In this document: positions 36,851-48,945 of the stretch, in pieces
How positions within the stretch are numbered: the first letter of the stretch is position 1
Layout: each line of letters opens with the position of its first letter
Origin: Mobula hypostoma
Taxonomy: Eukaryota
Assembly (NCBI RefSeq): GCF_963921235.1
Contig: NC_086097.1
Location: forward strand, 210,492,001 to 210,556,000
Direction: 5' to 3'
Length of the DNA stretch: 64,000 bases
Made by a program: the position numbers and the translations under genes
The notes under the pieces: generated by a model
The model's database searches: none
What the model was told of the DNA's origin: nothing
What the model saw: only the letters and a program-made list of their open reading frames with translations

Positions 36851-39149
36851 GGCTGCTAGTATAAATTTGAAGGAATGGGTGTGGGAGAAAGAGGAGATAG
36901 GCTTCACACCATCCCCAGCCTCCAACCCTCACCAGGCCAATAAGCTGAAGTGAGACGTAAAGAATAATTAGATATATGGTTATCATCCTTGTCAGTCATG
37001 TCAGACTGGCCTCAGTAATAGTGTTACTTCAGTGGGGAGCACTGTCTCCTCCTTGGGTTAAGAATATATTACCATACTTCTACCACCTTAGTTGTGTATG
37101 ATGTCAAGGAAAGAGAAAGTAAATTTGACCATGTGTGTTGTGTGGTAGTGATAGATGAACACCTGGAAACATACAAAATATGAACCGTGCAAGGGAAAGT
37201 TACAAGTGTGTGAGAATGCAATAAACCTGTGAATTTTGGTTTGCATTTTATGTTAGAGATTACGAGTGATGGATTGGTGACTCACTGAACAGTTGAATAG
37301 GTTAATGTGCGGTCAATAGGGCATAACTGTGACCATGTTATTGAGGTCAATCTGTACTCTCTTGCCACTCGTTATCCCTCTTTCTGGCATCTGCCTGAAC
37401 TGAACAAGGCTTTGGGGTCATATTTGACCTTCACCAGGTGGGTGGGTGGGGGAGGGGAGTATTTATGAAATACTAAAACACTCAGCATGTCAGGCAGCAT
37501 CTATGGAAAGTTCCAACAAAAGGCCTTTGACCTGGAACATCAACTTACTTTGTTTTTATTTCAGGTTTCCAGTATTTTGATTTTCATTAACTTTATGTAC
37601 TACAGAGTTCCCAGAGGGTATTGGTCTCCCGCTGAGGAGTGCAAGCTTTCAGCAGTGCATCAGACAATTACTGCACACTGCAATCATCATCAGTCTCGGC
37701 AAGCTACATGAGCTAGGCATTCTGCCTCCATCAGAGACAGTTGATAGTTAGCCATGGAAGAAAACGTCGAACTCGAATAGGTCACGGACAATGAAAGTAG
37801 ACAGATCAATTGTCTTTGTTCCTGCCATGTGCTTGGAGATCGAGGCTGCCATTTTGTGGAACTGTTTTATGTCCTTCATTTTGTATTAGTTGCTTGGATT
37901 GATCAGTGTTTTAAAGGCGACCCAATGATGTATCAGGTAATCTGCTGGACTATAAATCATTTCCAAATGAGAAGTTATTTGTGAGATGTTCTTGGTTTGG
38001 ATGTAGCATGCAGGTTTTTGGCTGTTGGCGTCAGTAGCTGTTATGCATGAATCAAGCTCTTTGGTGATTGACAACAAAGAGCCATGAATGACTGATTTTC
38101 ACTTGCTAGGAAGAGGGCATTACGATATTATAGATACTGGCCTGGAGCAGAGCCAATAAAGAGGTGTTAAAGGTCAGACACATGACCTACAGCCAATGAC
38201 ACTGGAATGTTACATTTGAACTGATAAGAAATGAATATAAAAGTGGACACTTTGATTGTGCTTGGAGTGATAACTCTAGAGAATCACTAGCGTGAGGAAG
38301 AACCCTCGTGCAAGGGGCTGGGGGAAGAAAGGATAGATTGTCTGCCAATGGAGATCTCCTATTCTGGTGTTAGAAATGGGAAAAGTGGTATGAGTGAGCA
38401 CTGGTACAGAGGGAACAGCAGAATTTGTGTTCCACGTTGTTGGCCATGGCTTCAACATAGTTACTTTGCTTGTGCAAAAACAATAGAGTGAGCTTTGATT
38501 AATTTTGAGTTGTGTAGTGAGTTTTCTAACCTAGTTCCATTGAGGAATAGTCAACAGAACCATACATTGCTAACCTGTGCTGGTTATTGGAGCTACCAGA
38601 TTTAGTCCCCTTTTCTGCCTTCACTTCCACTGATATCATATCAATGATTAGTTGTTTCTTGACTTCTAGATATTGATCCCAAGTACATGCTGATTGATAG
38701 GTTACAATAAATAATGCTTAGTATAGGTAAGCGGTAGGAGAGTCAGAGTGGAATTGATGGGCATGTGTGAGGGAATGGATTACAGAGAAATATATGAGGG
38801 TTGGGATTGCCCTGAGAGTCCCTATAGAATCAATGGGCTGTACGATCTTCTGCAATGTTGTAAGAGAAAATAAATGAAAAAATGTGGAAGTGATGTTTTT
38901 GGAAGAATACAGTGAAATGAACAGTTGCATTGGGAAGTTTACATTACTGAGTCGGTCAGGTACGTGTGGTATGAAGAAATACTTGAGAAATTTCACTTTT
39001 AATTATCAGAACCAAGATGATGTATGGATGGTCTAATAGGCATCTTCAAAATGTTGAACAATATGTTAGAATAAGTGGTGATATGCTGTTCCTGTAGCAA
39101 TTTACCATTTCAAAATGGTACAACTTTAAATTATTCTGCAATAAGCAGA

Positions 39150-39750
39150 ATATCCCTGTGCCCAACCATTTTAATTCCATTCCCCATTCCAACATGTCAG
39201 TCCATGGCCTCCTCAGTTACCATGATAAGGCTGCTCTCTTGCCACAGATGGTCATTCAGGTTGAAGGTGCAACTTCAATTCGTACAGGGAGCCTGCAACC
39301 TGATAGCATGAATATTGATTTCTCCAACTTCCGGTAAAATTTTCCTCTCCCCTCTTCAATTCCCTTCTGACACCCCTCTTACCTCTCTTCACCTGCCTAT
39401 TACCTCCCCTTGGTGCCCCTCCTGCTTCCTTTTCTTCCATGGTCCACTTTCCTCTCCTGTCAGATTCCTTCTTCTCCAGCCATTTACCTTTTCCACTTAT
39501 CACCTCTGCGTTTCTTACTTCTTCCCCACTCCCCCACCAACCTAACACCTAGCTTGTATCCTTTCCCATCCCCCCACCTTATTATTCTGGCTTCTTCCTC
39601 CTTCCTTTCCAGTCCTGACGAAGGGTCTTGATGCAAAATGTCCACACTTCATTCATTTCCATTGATGTTGCCTGACCTGCTGAGTTCCTCCAGCATTTTG
39701 TGTGTGTGTTGCTCTGGATTTCCAGCAGCTGCAGAATCTCTTTGTTTACA
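39150..39750 (+). mobile_element. PLE 3' portion (GIY-YIG remnant plus pseudo-LTR)
   Basis: Colinear with 7365-7920 and 62820-63295. CAGTC-CTGACGA at 39610 with a mutated GAAA box. Confidence 0.75.
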
Positions 39751-40709
39751 AATTAAAGTTAGCCACTAAAGGTCAGGGGAGGTTAAAAATAAAAACTAAC
39801 CTATCTGGTGATTAGAACGCAAAACTGTCACCTTTTGGACGAGATGTTAAATCGAAGTTCTGCTTATTCTCCTAGGCTAATGTATTACTTCCCACAGTAC
39901 TGTTTCAAACAGCAGAATCTTTATCCTCACTAAACATTCATCCCTTAAGCAACATCACATGTGGTAGAAAATTATCTTCAGTTGCTTGCACTAAATACAC
40001 AAGGTAATAGTGGCCATTTCTGCATTCTGCTCCTAAAAGTGTGGTTGCATTGAAACTACCTTCTGGTGATTATACGTTGCTGTGGCCAAACTACCTTTTA
40101 TTTTAGATTGCTCAATGGATTATTGTTGTCATATTTTGGTTGAGTATCAGTCACTGATTTTTTGCTGGACTTACCATCAAGAACCCTCATCAGGATTTCA
40201 GAAGAGTAATGACCAAACAAAATTCCTCAGCCCTGCGATAAATCTACAAGGTCCCACTAATTATCATTTGACCTGCTTAGTGTTACCAGAATGGAAGCTC
40301 ATATTTTGACATGGATATGTGCGATTCATTTTATCTTAATAGTGACCAGTTTAGTGAGGGATTTGGTTACTGGTAATGGCTGATAAAATGTTCCATAGTG
40401 AGCAATTTTGAAAAATATTAGGAATTGTTTTCAATTAATGAACTGACTGGTTTCATTTCACATGTGTAAAATTCATGCAGCACTGTTACAACATGAACAA
40501 TGTAAACATGCTGTAATTATTTCAGCTGTAGCATCATTACCAAATGACCAATAATTTTTTTGTGAAGCTACCATCCAGTTAATCATAAAGAAATATTATA
40601 TACTATAGCTTCACCATGTACAAAATAGCTCCCACCAGAATATTTACTATTATAGCCTTCAATAAAAATTTATAAATGCATATTTTTATTGCTGTTGATT
40701 GCCAGATGT

Positions 40710-43700
40710 TGTGTGAAGTAAGAGAAGTTGATGCAGTTACTATCACAAGGGAGAAGGTGCTCAAAAAGCTGAAAGACCTAAAAGTAAGTCATCCAGACAA
40801 AATGAACTGCACCCTAGGGTTCTGAAAGAGGTAGCATTAGAGATTGTGGAGGCATTAGAAATAATCTTTCAAAAATCATTGGACTCTGGCATGGTGTCAG
40901 AGAACTGGGAAATTGCAAATGTTATTCCACTCTTTAAGAAAGGAGGAAGGCAGCAGAAAGGAAATTATAGACCAGTTAGCCTGACCTCTGTGATTGGGAA
41001 GATGTTGCAGTCAATTGTTAAGGACAGGGTGATGGTGACACAGGACAAGTTAGGACAAAGTTAGCAGGGTTTCCTTCAGGGAAATTCCTGTCTGATGAAC
41101 CTGTTGGAATTCTTTGAGGAGATTACTAGTAGGATGTAATGGGTGTTGTATATTTGACTTTCAGAAGGCCTTTGACAAGGTGCCACACATGAGGCTGCTT
41201 ATCAAGTTAAGAGCCCATGGTATTACAGGAAAGTTACTAACATGGTTAGAGCATTGGCTAATTGTTAGGAGGCAGTGAGTGGGAATAAAGGATCCTTGTC
41301 TAGTTGGCTGCCAGAGACTAGTGGTGTTCCGCAGGGGTCGGTGTTGGGACAACTTTTAATGCTATAAGTGATTTACATGATGAAATAGATGGCTTTGTTG
41401 CCAAGTTTGCAGATGATACAAAGATTGGTGGAGGGGAAGGTAGTGTTGAGGAAACAGGTAGGCTGCAGAAAGACTGACACAAAAAGGATTAATATGAGAA
41501 TAAAAGCGCGCTAACTTATCTTTGGACATATGTGCTCTATGAACAACTTTAAATTGAATTAGGGAATGTTTAGCACAGATAGAGGAAGTATTGACTAATT
41601 GTAAAATCTGCCCCCAGTCATCCACGGAAATGGTAAACCCCAATTCCTGTTCCCAATCTACCCTAATCTTATCAAATGGAGCTTTCCCAAGTTTCATAAT
41701 AATATTATAAATCATAGCCGATGCACCTTTCTGACATGGATTAAGGTTGATTATAGTATCTAAAATGTATGTAGGAGGAAGCATTGGAAAGGAAGAAAGT
41801 ATAGTACTTATGAAATTTCTAACTTGTAGATATCTAAAAAATGTATTCTTGATAAGTTATATTTATTAGATAATTGTTCAAAAGACACAAGGGAACCATC
41901 TAAAAATAAATCCAAAAACCGTGAAATACCCTTAGTCTTCCAAGTTTGAAAAGCACGATCCGTAAAAGAGGGAGGAAAAAATGTTACCTAAAATAGGAAT
42001 CGCTAACCCAAATTGATTAAGATCAAAAAATTTTCTGAATTGAAACCAAATACGCAAGGTATATTTAACTATCGGGTTAGACACCTGTTTAAGGCGTTTC
42101 AAATCAAAAGGAAGAGAGGAACCTAAAATAGAGCCAAGTGTATAGCCCTGAGCAGATTGTAATTCCAATACTACCCATTTAGGAATGGATAGTATATCCT
42201 GGTCCAGTAACCAGAATTTCATATGTTGAATATTAATTGCCCAATAATAAAATCTAAAGTTGGGTAATGCTAAGCCTCCATCTCTTAGCTTTCTGTAAAT
42301 GTATTTTACCCAGTCTCGGGTTTTTATTCTGCCAAATAAATGAAGAAATTTTAGAGTCAACTTTGTCAAAAAAAGATTTTGGAACAAAGATTGGTAATGC
42401 CTAAAATATATATAAAAATTTTGGCAAAAAAAACATCTTAACTGCATTAATATGACCAAAGTTAAATATAAAGGAAACCATTTAGATGAAAGTTGAGTAA
42501 TATGGTCTATTAATGGTAAAAAGTTAGTCTTAAATAAATCTTTGTATTTACAAGTAATTTTAATCCCAAGATATGAAAAATAATTATTAATCAATTTAAA
42601 TGGAAATTTATAATATAAGGGAAGTTGTTTATTAATCGGAAAGAGTTCACTCTTACTAAGATTTAATTCATAACCTGAAAAAAGACCAAATTGTGCTAAT
42701 AACTCTAAAACAGCCGGGATGGATTTCTGAGGATTAGAAATATATAAAAGTAAATCATCAACATAGTGATAATTTATGGGACTTTAAGCCCCGAGTTATC
42801 CCAGTAATATTTGGAGATTCTCGAATGGCAATTGCAAGAGGTTCTAATGCAATATCAAATAATAAGGGACTAAGAGGACAACCTTGTCGAGTACCTCGAA
42901 AAAGAGGGAAAAAAGGTGAACTTAAAGAGTTAGTACGGACCGAGGCCACAGGAGAATAATATAACAGTTTAATCCAGGATATAAATTTCGAACTAAAATT
43001 AAGCATTCCAAGCACCTTAAATAAGGCCATTCTACTCTATCAAAAGCTTTCTCGGCATCTAAAGAGATAACACACTCAGGAACATTTTGTGAGGGAGTAT
43101 AAACGATATTTAACAGTGTACGAATATTATAAAAAGAGTAACGACCTTTAATAAAACCCGTTTGGTCTTCCAAAATAATAGAGGGAAGTACTTTTTCTAA
43201 TTATTTGCTAATAACTTAGAAAAAACTTTAGAATCAACATTTAATAAAGATATTGGTCTATAAGATACACATTGTGCAGGATCTTTATCCTTCTTTAATA
43301 TTAAAGAAATTGACGCTCTATTAAAAGATTCAGGAAGTTTACCAAGTTTCAATGAAGCCTGAAAAACCCTACAGAGCCAAGGGATTAATGAAGGAGCAAA
43401 ACATTTATAAAATTCTACGGTAAACCCATCAGGGCCAGGAGCTTTCCCCAAATTCATAGAGAAAATAACATGGTAATGGGAGTATCTAACATCTCATCCA
43501 TGGTAATGGGAGTATCTAACATAGAAGACATATCCTGTGAAATCTCAGGGAAGTCTAAAGACTGACATTAGGAGAATGGGCAAGTACCAAATGAAATATA
43601 ATGTTGGAAAATGTATGGTCGTGCACTTTGGTAGGAGAAATAAATGTGCAGACTATTTTCTAAACGCTGAGAAAATCCAAAAATCTGAGATGCAAAGGGA

Positions 43701-43873
43701 CTTGGGAGTCCTTGTGCAGAACACCCTAAAAGTTAACTTGCAGGTTGCGTCGGTGGTGAAAAAAGGCAAATGCCATGTCAGCATTCATTTCAAGAGAGGT
43801 CTAGAATACGAGAGCAGGGGTGTGATGCTGAGGCTTTATAAGGTACTGGTGAGGCCACACTGAGTATTGTGTA
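40710..43873 (+). mobile_element. CR1 RT fragment split by an L1 insert
   Basis: ORF 40846 (NYRPVSLTS), KFADD at ~41403. Resumes at 43557 (ORF 43537, KYNVGKC.VVHFG). Confidence 0.85.
41480..43556 (-). mobile_element. Internal fragment of L1-clade LINE ORF2
   Basis: GKAPGPDGFTVEFYK, SYRPISLLNVD, QTGFIKGR, SLDAEKAFDRVEW, RGTRQGCPLSPLLF, GGLALPN. Flanked by the 11-bp repeat AAAGACTGACA. Confidence 0.9.
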
Positions 43874-46019
43874 AGAGGAGAAGTGTTCTATTCAGCATTG
43901 GGCAAAGAAAGAAGATTGAACAGGTAGCATAGAGAGACTGCAGAGATGGAATCCGGGAAGTCGTTTGACATCAGGAGAGATGATTAGGAAAAGGTGGGGG
44001 TGTGGTAATATCAGCTTACTTACTCAACTATGAAAGGGATATAATTAGTTACTTCAAATTTGATTATGATCTGCAGTATGTGCAGCTGACACGCCAATGA
44101 TTCCAAATGAAGTGATAGCATGATGAGTACAAACCTTTGCCCAAGATTGTCCACCCTCAGCATCTAGCATAATCATCAATACTTGCATATCAACCCACAT
44201 ATAGAAGAGACCTGGTGTTCTAAAGTTTCTCTCACTACCTAATACTAAGGCTGAAGATAACAAATATGGTTTTACTCACAGAAATGATGTGTTTGCTGTC
44301 TGCAAATTTTCACCACAGAGTAGACTTTCTGTTTTAAGATTAATTGAACAATAATACCTTTTGCAGGCAATAAAACTGCAGATCTAGCAGTGATGTACAC
44401 ACACAAAAATATATATTTGGCACAACCTAGATGGAAAAAAAATCAGAAACATCAATTCCTATAAGAGATCAAAAAGATTAATATTGTCAACAAAGAGCTA
44501 TTGTTGAAATCATTGCTGTAACAAAATTGTACTCAAATCCTATTAAAAGCTATTTGATTATATTTGAGGTATCAAGGTATAATCAAAATAAGTTATTGTA
44601 GTCAAACAGTAGAATAACATTCTACCCTCTAAGATTCATAATGTGGGTTGTATAGCATTTTACAGTGTTTATAAAATATATGATGCAGACCTCTATGAAA
44701 AAGTGGTTAATTCCTACATTCCTTAATAACAAAGGAAATTCATCCACCAGGCAATGCTCAAGTTGCAAAATTGGGGTTGTGCCCTTAATATTGATACATC
44801 ATTGGGCACTAATCCCAGATATATGACCTGTTATGTGCATCTATGATACAGCTGATACAGGGTTGATGAGGCTTTGATGAGCAATACATAGAAGCACAGT
44901 GTTGCTGTTACTGCTGGAGAATGGTGGATTAGACATTCCAACCCCATGTATGATCAGCATCCCAATAGTTTCAATTCCACGTTGGCTAACAAGTTCATTG
45001 ATCTTAGAGTATAAATTACACTGAACAATTTATTTATTTATTTATTTTTTAAAAATTAAAGTTGTTTCCTCAGATTTTTTCGTGGTTGTGATAGACCACT
45101 TGAAGCTGTACACAAATATAATTTCAAACTGCGAGTATCACTTTGGAATTTGGAGAAAGAAATCAACTTTTATTGAATTTTTCAGAAGCTCCTGTTTTTA
45201 TATGAAGAGGAAGCAAAAATATCTTTGTTGGGTCTAAAAGTGGCTTATGTGCCTCACTTTTCTGCCTTGGAACCAACAGCTTACAGAGAGGCCAATAGTT
45301 TTTAACGTAATGAAATTCTTTAGCACAGCTGTCTGATGTACATGTAAGTGCAATGAATATATAAATGATGCTTTTATAGCCTTTCTAAAACCCGACCTGC
45401 CATGCACCATCCACCCTGCCGCTCACCCAGGTATGCCTGGACAATACCGAAAACTTTTCATCTTACATTGTGGGCAATATTTTAATTAACTTAAATTAAT
45501 GAATTGAAATAACAAAGGTAGGTGATTTTCATGATCAGCAGCCCAGAATCCATAAGATACACTGAAAAGTATTCAGGATGCAAAATCTTTGTTGTCCAGT
45601 GTTATTATTTAGTCTCCTGGACTTTGTGAAAGAAAACTCCAAGTTTACACTCCACTTTACATGCAACCATGTTTTTAAATTCCTCTTGCACAGCCCAGTT
45701 CTGATTGTAACTCTTCTCTGGAGACTCAGTGTAGGTTTGAGGAACAGATCTTTATCTTCCTCCTGAGTGTCTTCTGGACTCATTGTCAGATTCATCAGTT
45801 TCAGGCAAACTCACATTTTCTGTTGGTTTCAGTTCTGCTAGAAACTTATCCATCTGTAATATTAACTCTTTTTCCACAGATACTTATTGACTTCCTGGTC
45901 TTTTTTCTGCATTCGCCATTTGGTTTCAAGTTTTAGCAAGAGCTCTGATCTGTACTTCACAGCTTTAGCATGCCCTTTTCTTTGTTTTCTCTCCCTTTTA
46001 AACACACTTGTTAATCTAT

Positions 46020-47460
46020 TGGCACAGGTACCAATGGGTCAGGCCTGGGTCAATGAGCAATGAGGCCTGGGTCAGGTACAGGCAGCTGGGATCAAGCAAA
46101 TCCCTGAAGGAGTATATCATGAGGGAAATCAGGAGGGGAAAAAGGGGGCATGAGATAACTTTGGCAGAGAAGATTAAGGAAAATCCAGAGATTTTATGTA
46201 TGCCAAGGTAAAGTGAGTAAATATGGAAAGAATAGGGACCCTCAAAATACAGAGGTCACCTTTATATGGAGCCACAGGAAATGGGCAAGGTCCTTGATTG
46301 ATATTTTTCCTTACTGTGGAGAAAGACTTGAAGACTTTGGAACTAAGCAAAGAAAGCAGGGAAGTCTTGGGAAAGTCAACATAGTAGAGGAGGTGCTGGA
46401 GATCTTAAAAGGTATGAAGGTAGACCAATCTCCAGGGCTTAGTCAATTTTATCCAATAACACTGCAGAGAAGAAACTGCAGGAGCCATAGTTGAGGTGCT
46501 TGCATCATCATTAGCCACAGGTGAGGTGTTGGTAGACAGGAGGGTAGTGAAGGTTGGCCTTTATTTACGAAAGGTAGCAGTTTGTAGGCCAACTGGTCTA
46601 ACATCCATGGTAGGCAAGTTACTTAGCCTATCAGACCCATGATTACCAGACTTATCCAGGCTTACCTTGTGGTTAAAAGATACCACCTGTTCTCCTATGG
46701 ATGGACATGTGATACCTTATCTATGACCAGCAAATATTTAAAAATCTCCATCATTCTCTCCCATAGCAGACTTGGATACATCTTATTGGGCTGCGGGGAT
46801 TTATCCACTTTTACATTGGGTAAAACACCAGATACCTTTTTTTAAAATGAAGGCATAATTGTGAATTTCACAAATCTTCCTTCCTGATTTCTACAATTAC
46901 TATGTCCTTCTCATTAGTGAATACAGAGAAGTATTCATCAATGACCTTACCTGGTTCCACACGCCAACAAATAGGCCCTACTTTTCCCTGGTTACCCTCT
47001 TTACATTAAACTACTTTGAGATTTTCCTTAACTTTGCCTGACAGTGCTATTTTCTGCTGCTTCTTTGCCTCCTAATTTCCTTTTTAAGTACTCTTTCTGA
47101 AAAGCCTCACCAACTTTGTTATTCATATCTGGCATTTGCTTCCTTTTCCTAATTCATCAAACCATCAATAGCCCTTGTCATCCTTGATTTTGTTGGCATT
47201 GCTTTCCTCATCTTTCATCCTTTCATGAAGATGTCGGCATCAACTCTCGTTACTTTTAAATGACTGCTGCTTGTTAGATGTCGACTTACCTGGAAGTAGT
47301 TACTCCTAATTTACCTTTGTCAGGCCTTGTCTTATGATAATGAAATTAGCCTCCCCAGTATAGGTCCTTAATTTTCAGACCATTCTCATCCTTTTAATAA
47401 CAACCTTGAAACTTAACTGAATTATGTTCACCATATCCAAAATGCTTTTCCACTAACTTC
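46020..47460. mobile_element. Two old CR1 fragments in opposite orientation (plus ~46020-46625, minus ~46700-47460)
   Basis: Remnants KRGHEITLAEKIKENP and LKGMKVDQSPG on plus. Related sequence on minus. Confidence 0.55.
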
Positions 47461-47468
47461 AACTACAG

Positions 47469-47756
47469 CAGCGGTCCCCAACCACTGGGCCACGGACTGA
47501 TACCGGGCCACGAAGTATGCAGGGGTGCAGCGGTAGCCGGAATGCACCCAAAACATCTTTAAGAAAAAAGCCGAAATAAACAAGCTAATTAATTAGGTGC
47601 CACCTGGCATGTAAAAGTCAACGCAGATCAAAGTGCCAGGCGGCACCTAATTAATTAGCTTGTTTATTTCGGCTTTTTTCTTAAAGATGTGCTGGGTGCG
47701 TTCCGGCTACTGCTGCACCCCTGCATGCTTTGCACCCCGGAGGTTGGGGACCACTG
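47469..47756. mobile_element. Palindromic hAT (Charlie-type) MITE
   Basis: TIRs CAGCGGTCCCCAACC / GGTTGGGGACCACTG. 8-bp TSD AACTACAG / AACTAGAG. ~100-bp internal inverted arms. Confidence 0.9.
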
Positions 47757-48374
47757 AACTAGAGGGTAGTGAATCTACGGATTCATTGCCACAGTTGGCT
47801 GTGGATATGCATGATTAGTAAGAGCATCAAAGGGAGAAGGCTGGAGAATGAGATTGAGAGGGTAAATAAATCAGCTGCAATTGAATGGCAGTGCAGATTT
47901 GATGGGTCTAAATCTGCTCCTGCTTCTTATGGTCTAACACTTAGAATCATAGTCATAAAGCATGGAAGCAGGCCTTATGCCTACCTGTCCCTGCCAACCA
48001 CACCCTTATCTGCTTACATTCTCACAGATTAAGACTTTCTATGTACTGGCTCAAAGAATGACTCTTCTGAATGTACTTATAAAAATTTGGCCCCCTCTTA
48101 GAGTTTTGCAATAAGGCAATCCTAGTTATAATGTTGTGGAAGTGGGAATACCTTGCTACTGATTCCAATTAATCTTTCCCATCTGCATACCTGTTCCTCT
48201 GTCTCCTGCTGATTGTTTAGAAGTCTGCAGTGCACCCCCAGCAAAATGATTGCTTTATTTTCATTACTCCATTGAGGGAAAGTATCCTGATGGATCTGTG
48301 ATTCTACCCATATTACCTTCTAGGATATCCTCATTTTAGAATTTACTAGTCCAATCTCACCTTGTTCTATATTT

Positions 48375-48945
48375 TATAATACGAAAAACAAGAATGTAAT
48401 GCTGAAGCTTTATAAGGCACTGTCGAGACCTCACTTGGAATACTGTGAGCAGTTTTGAAAGGATGTACTGACTTTGGAGAGGATTCAAAGGTTCATGAGA
48501 ATTATTCCAGTAGTGAAAGGCTTATGAGTGTTTGATGGCTCTGGGACTTTACTTGCTGGAATTTAGAAGAATGAAGGAGGATCTCATTGAAAGGCCTAGA
48601 TAGAGTGGATGTGGAGAGGATATTTACTGTAGTGGGGGAATCTAGGACCAGAGGGCACAACCTCAGAAAAGAGTGATGTCCTTTTGGAACAGAGAAAAGG
48701 AGGAATTTCCTTAGTCTTGCGGTGGTAAATCTGTGGAATTTGTTGGCACAAGTGGCTGTGGAGGCCAGGTCATTGGATGTATTTAAGGTGGAGTTTGATA
48801 GATTCGAGCTAAGTCAGAGCATGATAGGTTGTGGGGTGAAGGCAGGAGATTAGGGTTGAGTGGGAAATGGATCAGCCATGATCAAATGGCAGAGCAGAGT
48901 CGATGGGCTGGATGGCATAATTCTGATCTTATGTCTTATGGTCAT
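48375..48945 (+). mobile_element. CR1 3' fragment
   Basis: LYKALSRPHLEYCEQF remnant and 3' UTR ending CTTATGGTC. Confidence 0.75.

Noticed and set aside
44279..44327. Possible 49-nt minus-strand exon between ...AAAACAG and GTGAGT
   Set aside because: Weak polypyrimidine tract, no recognisable peptide and no partner exons. Could be chance without RNA-seq or homology.
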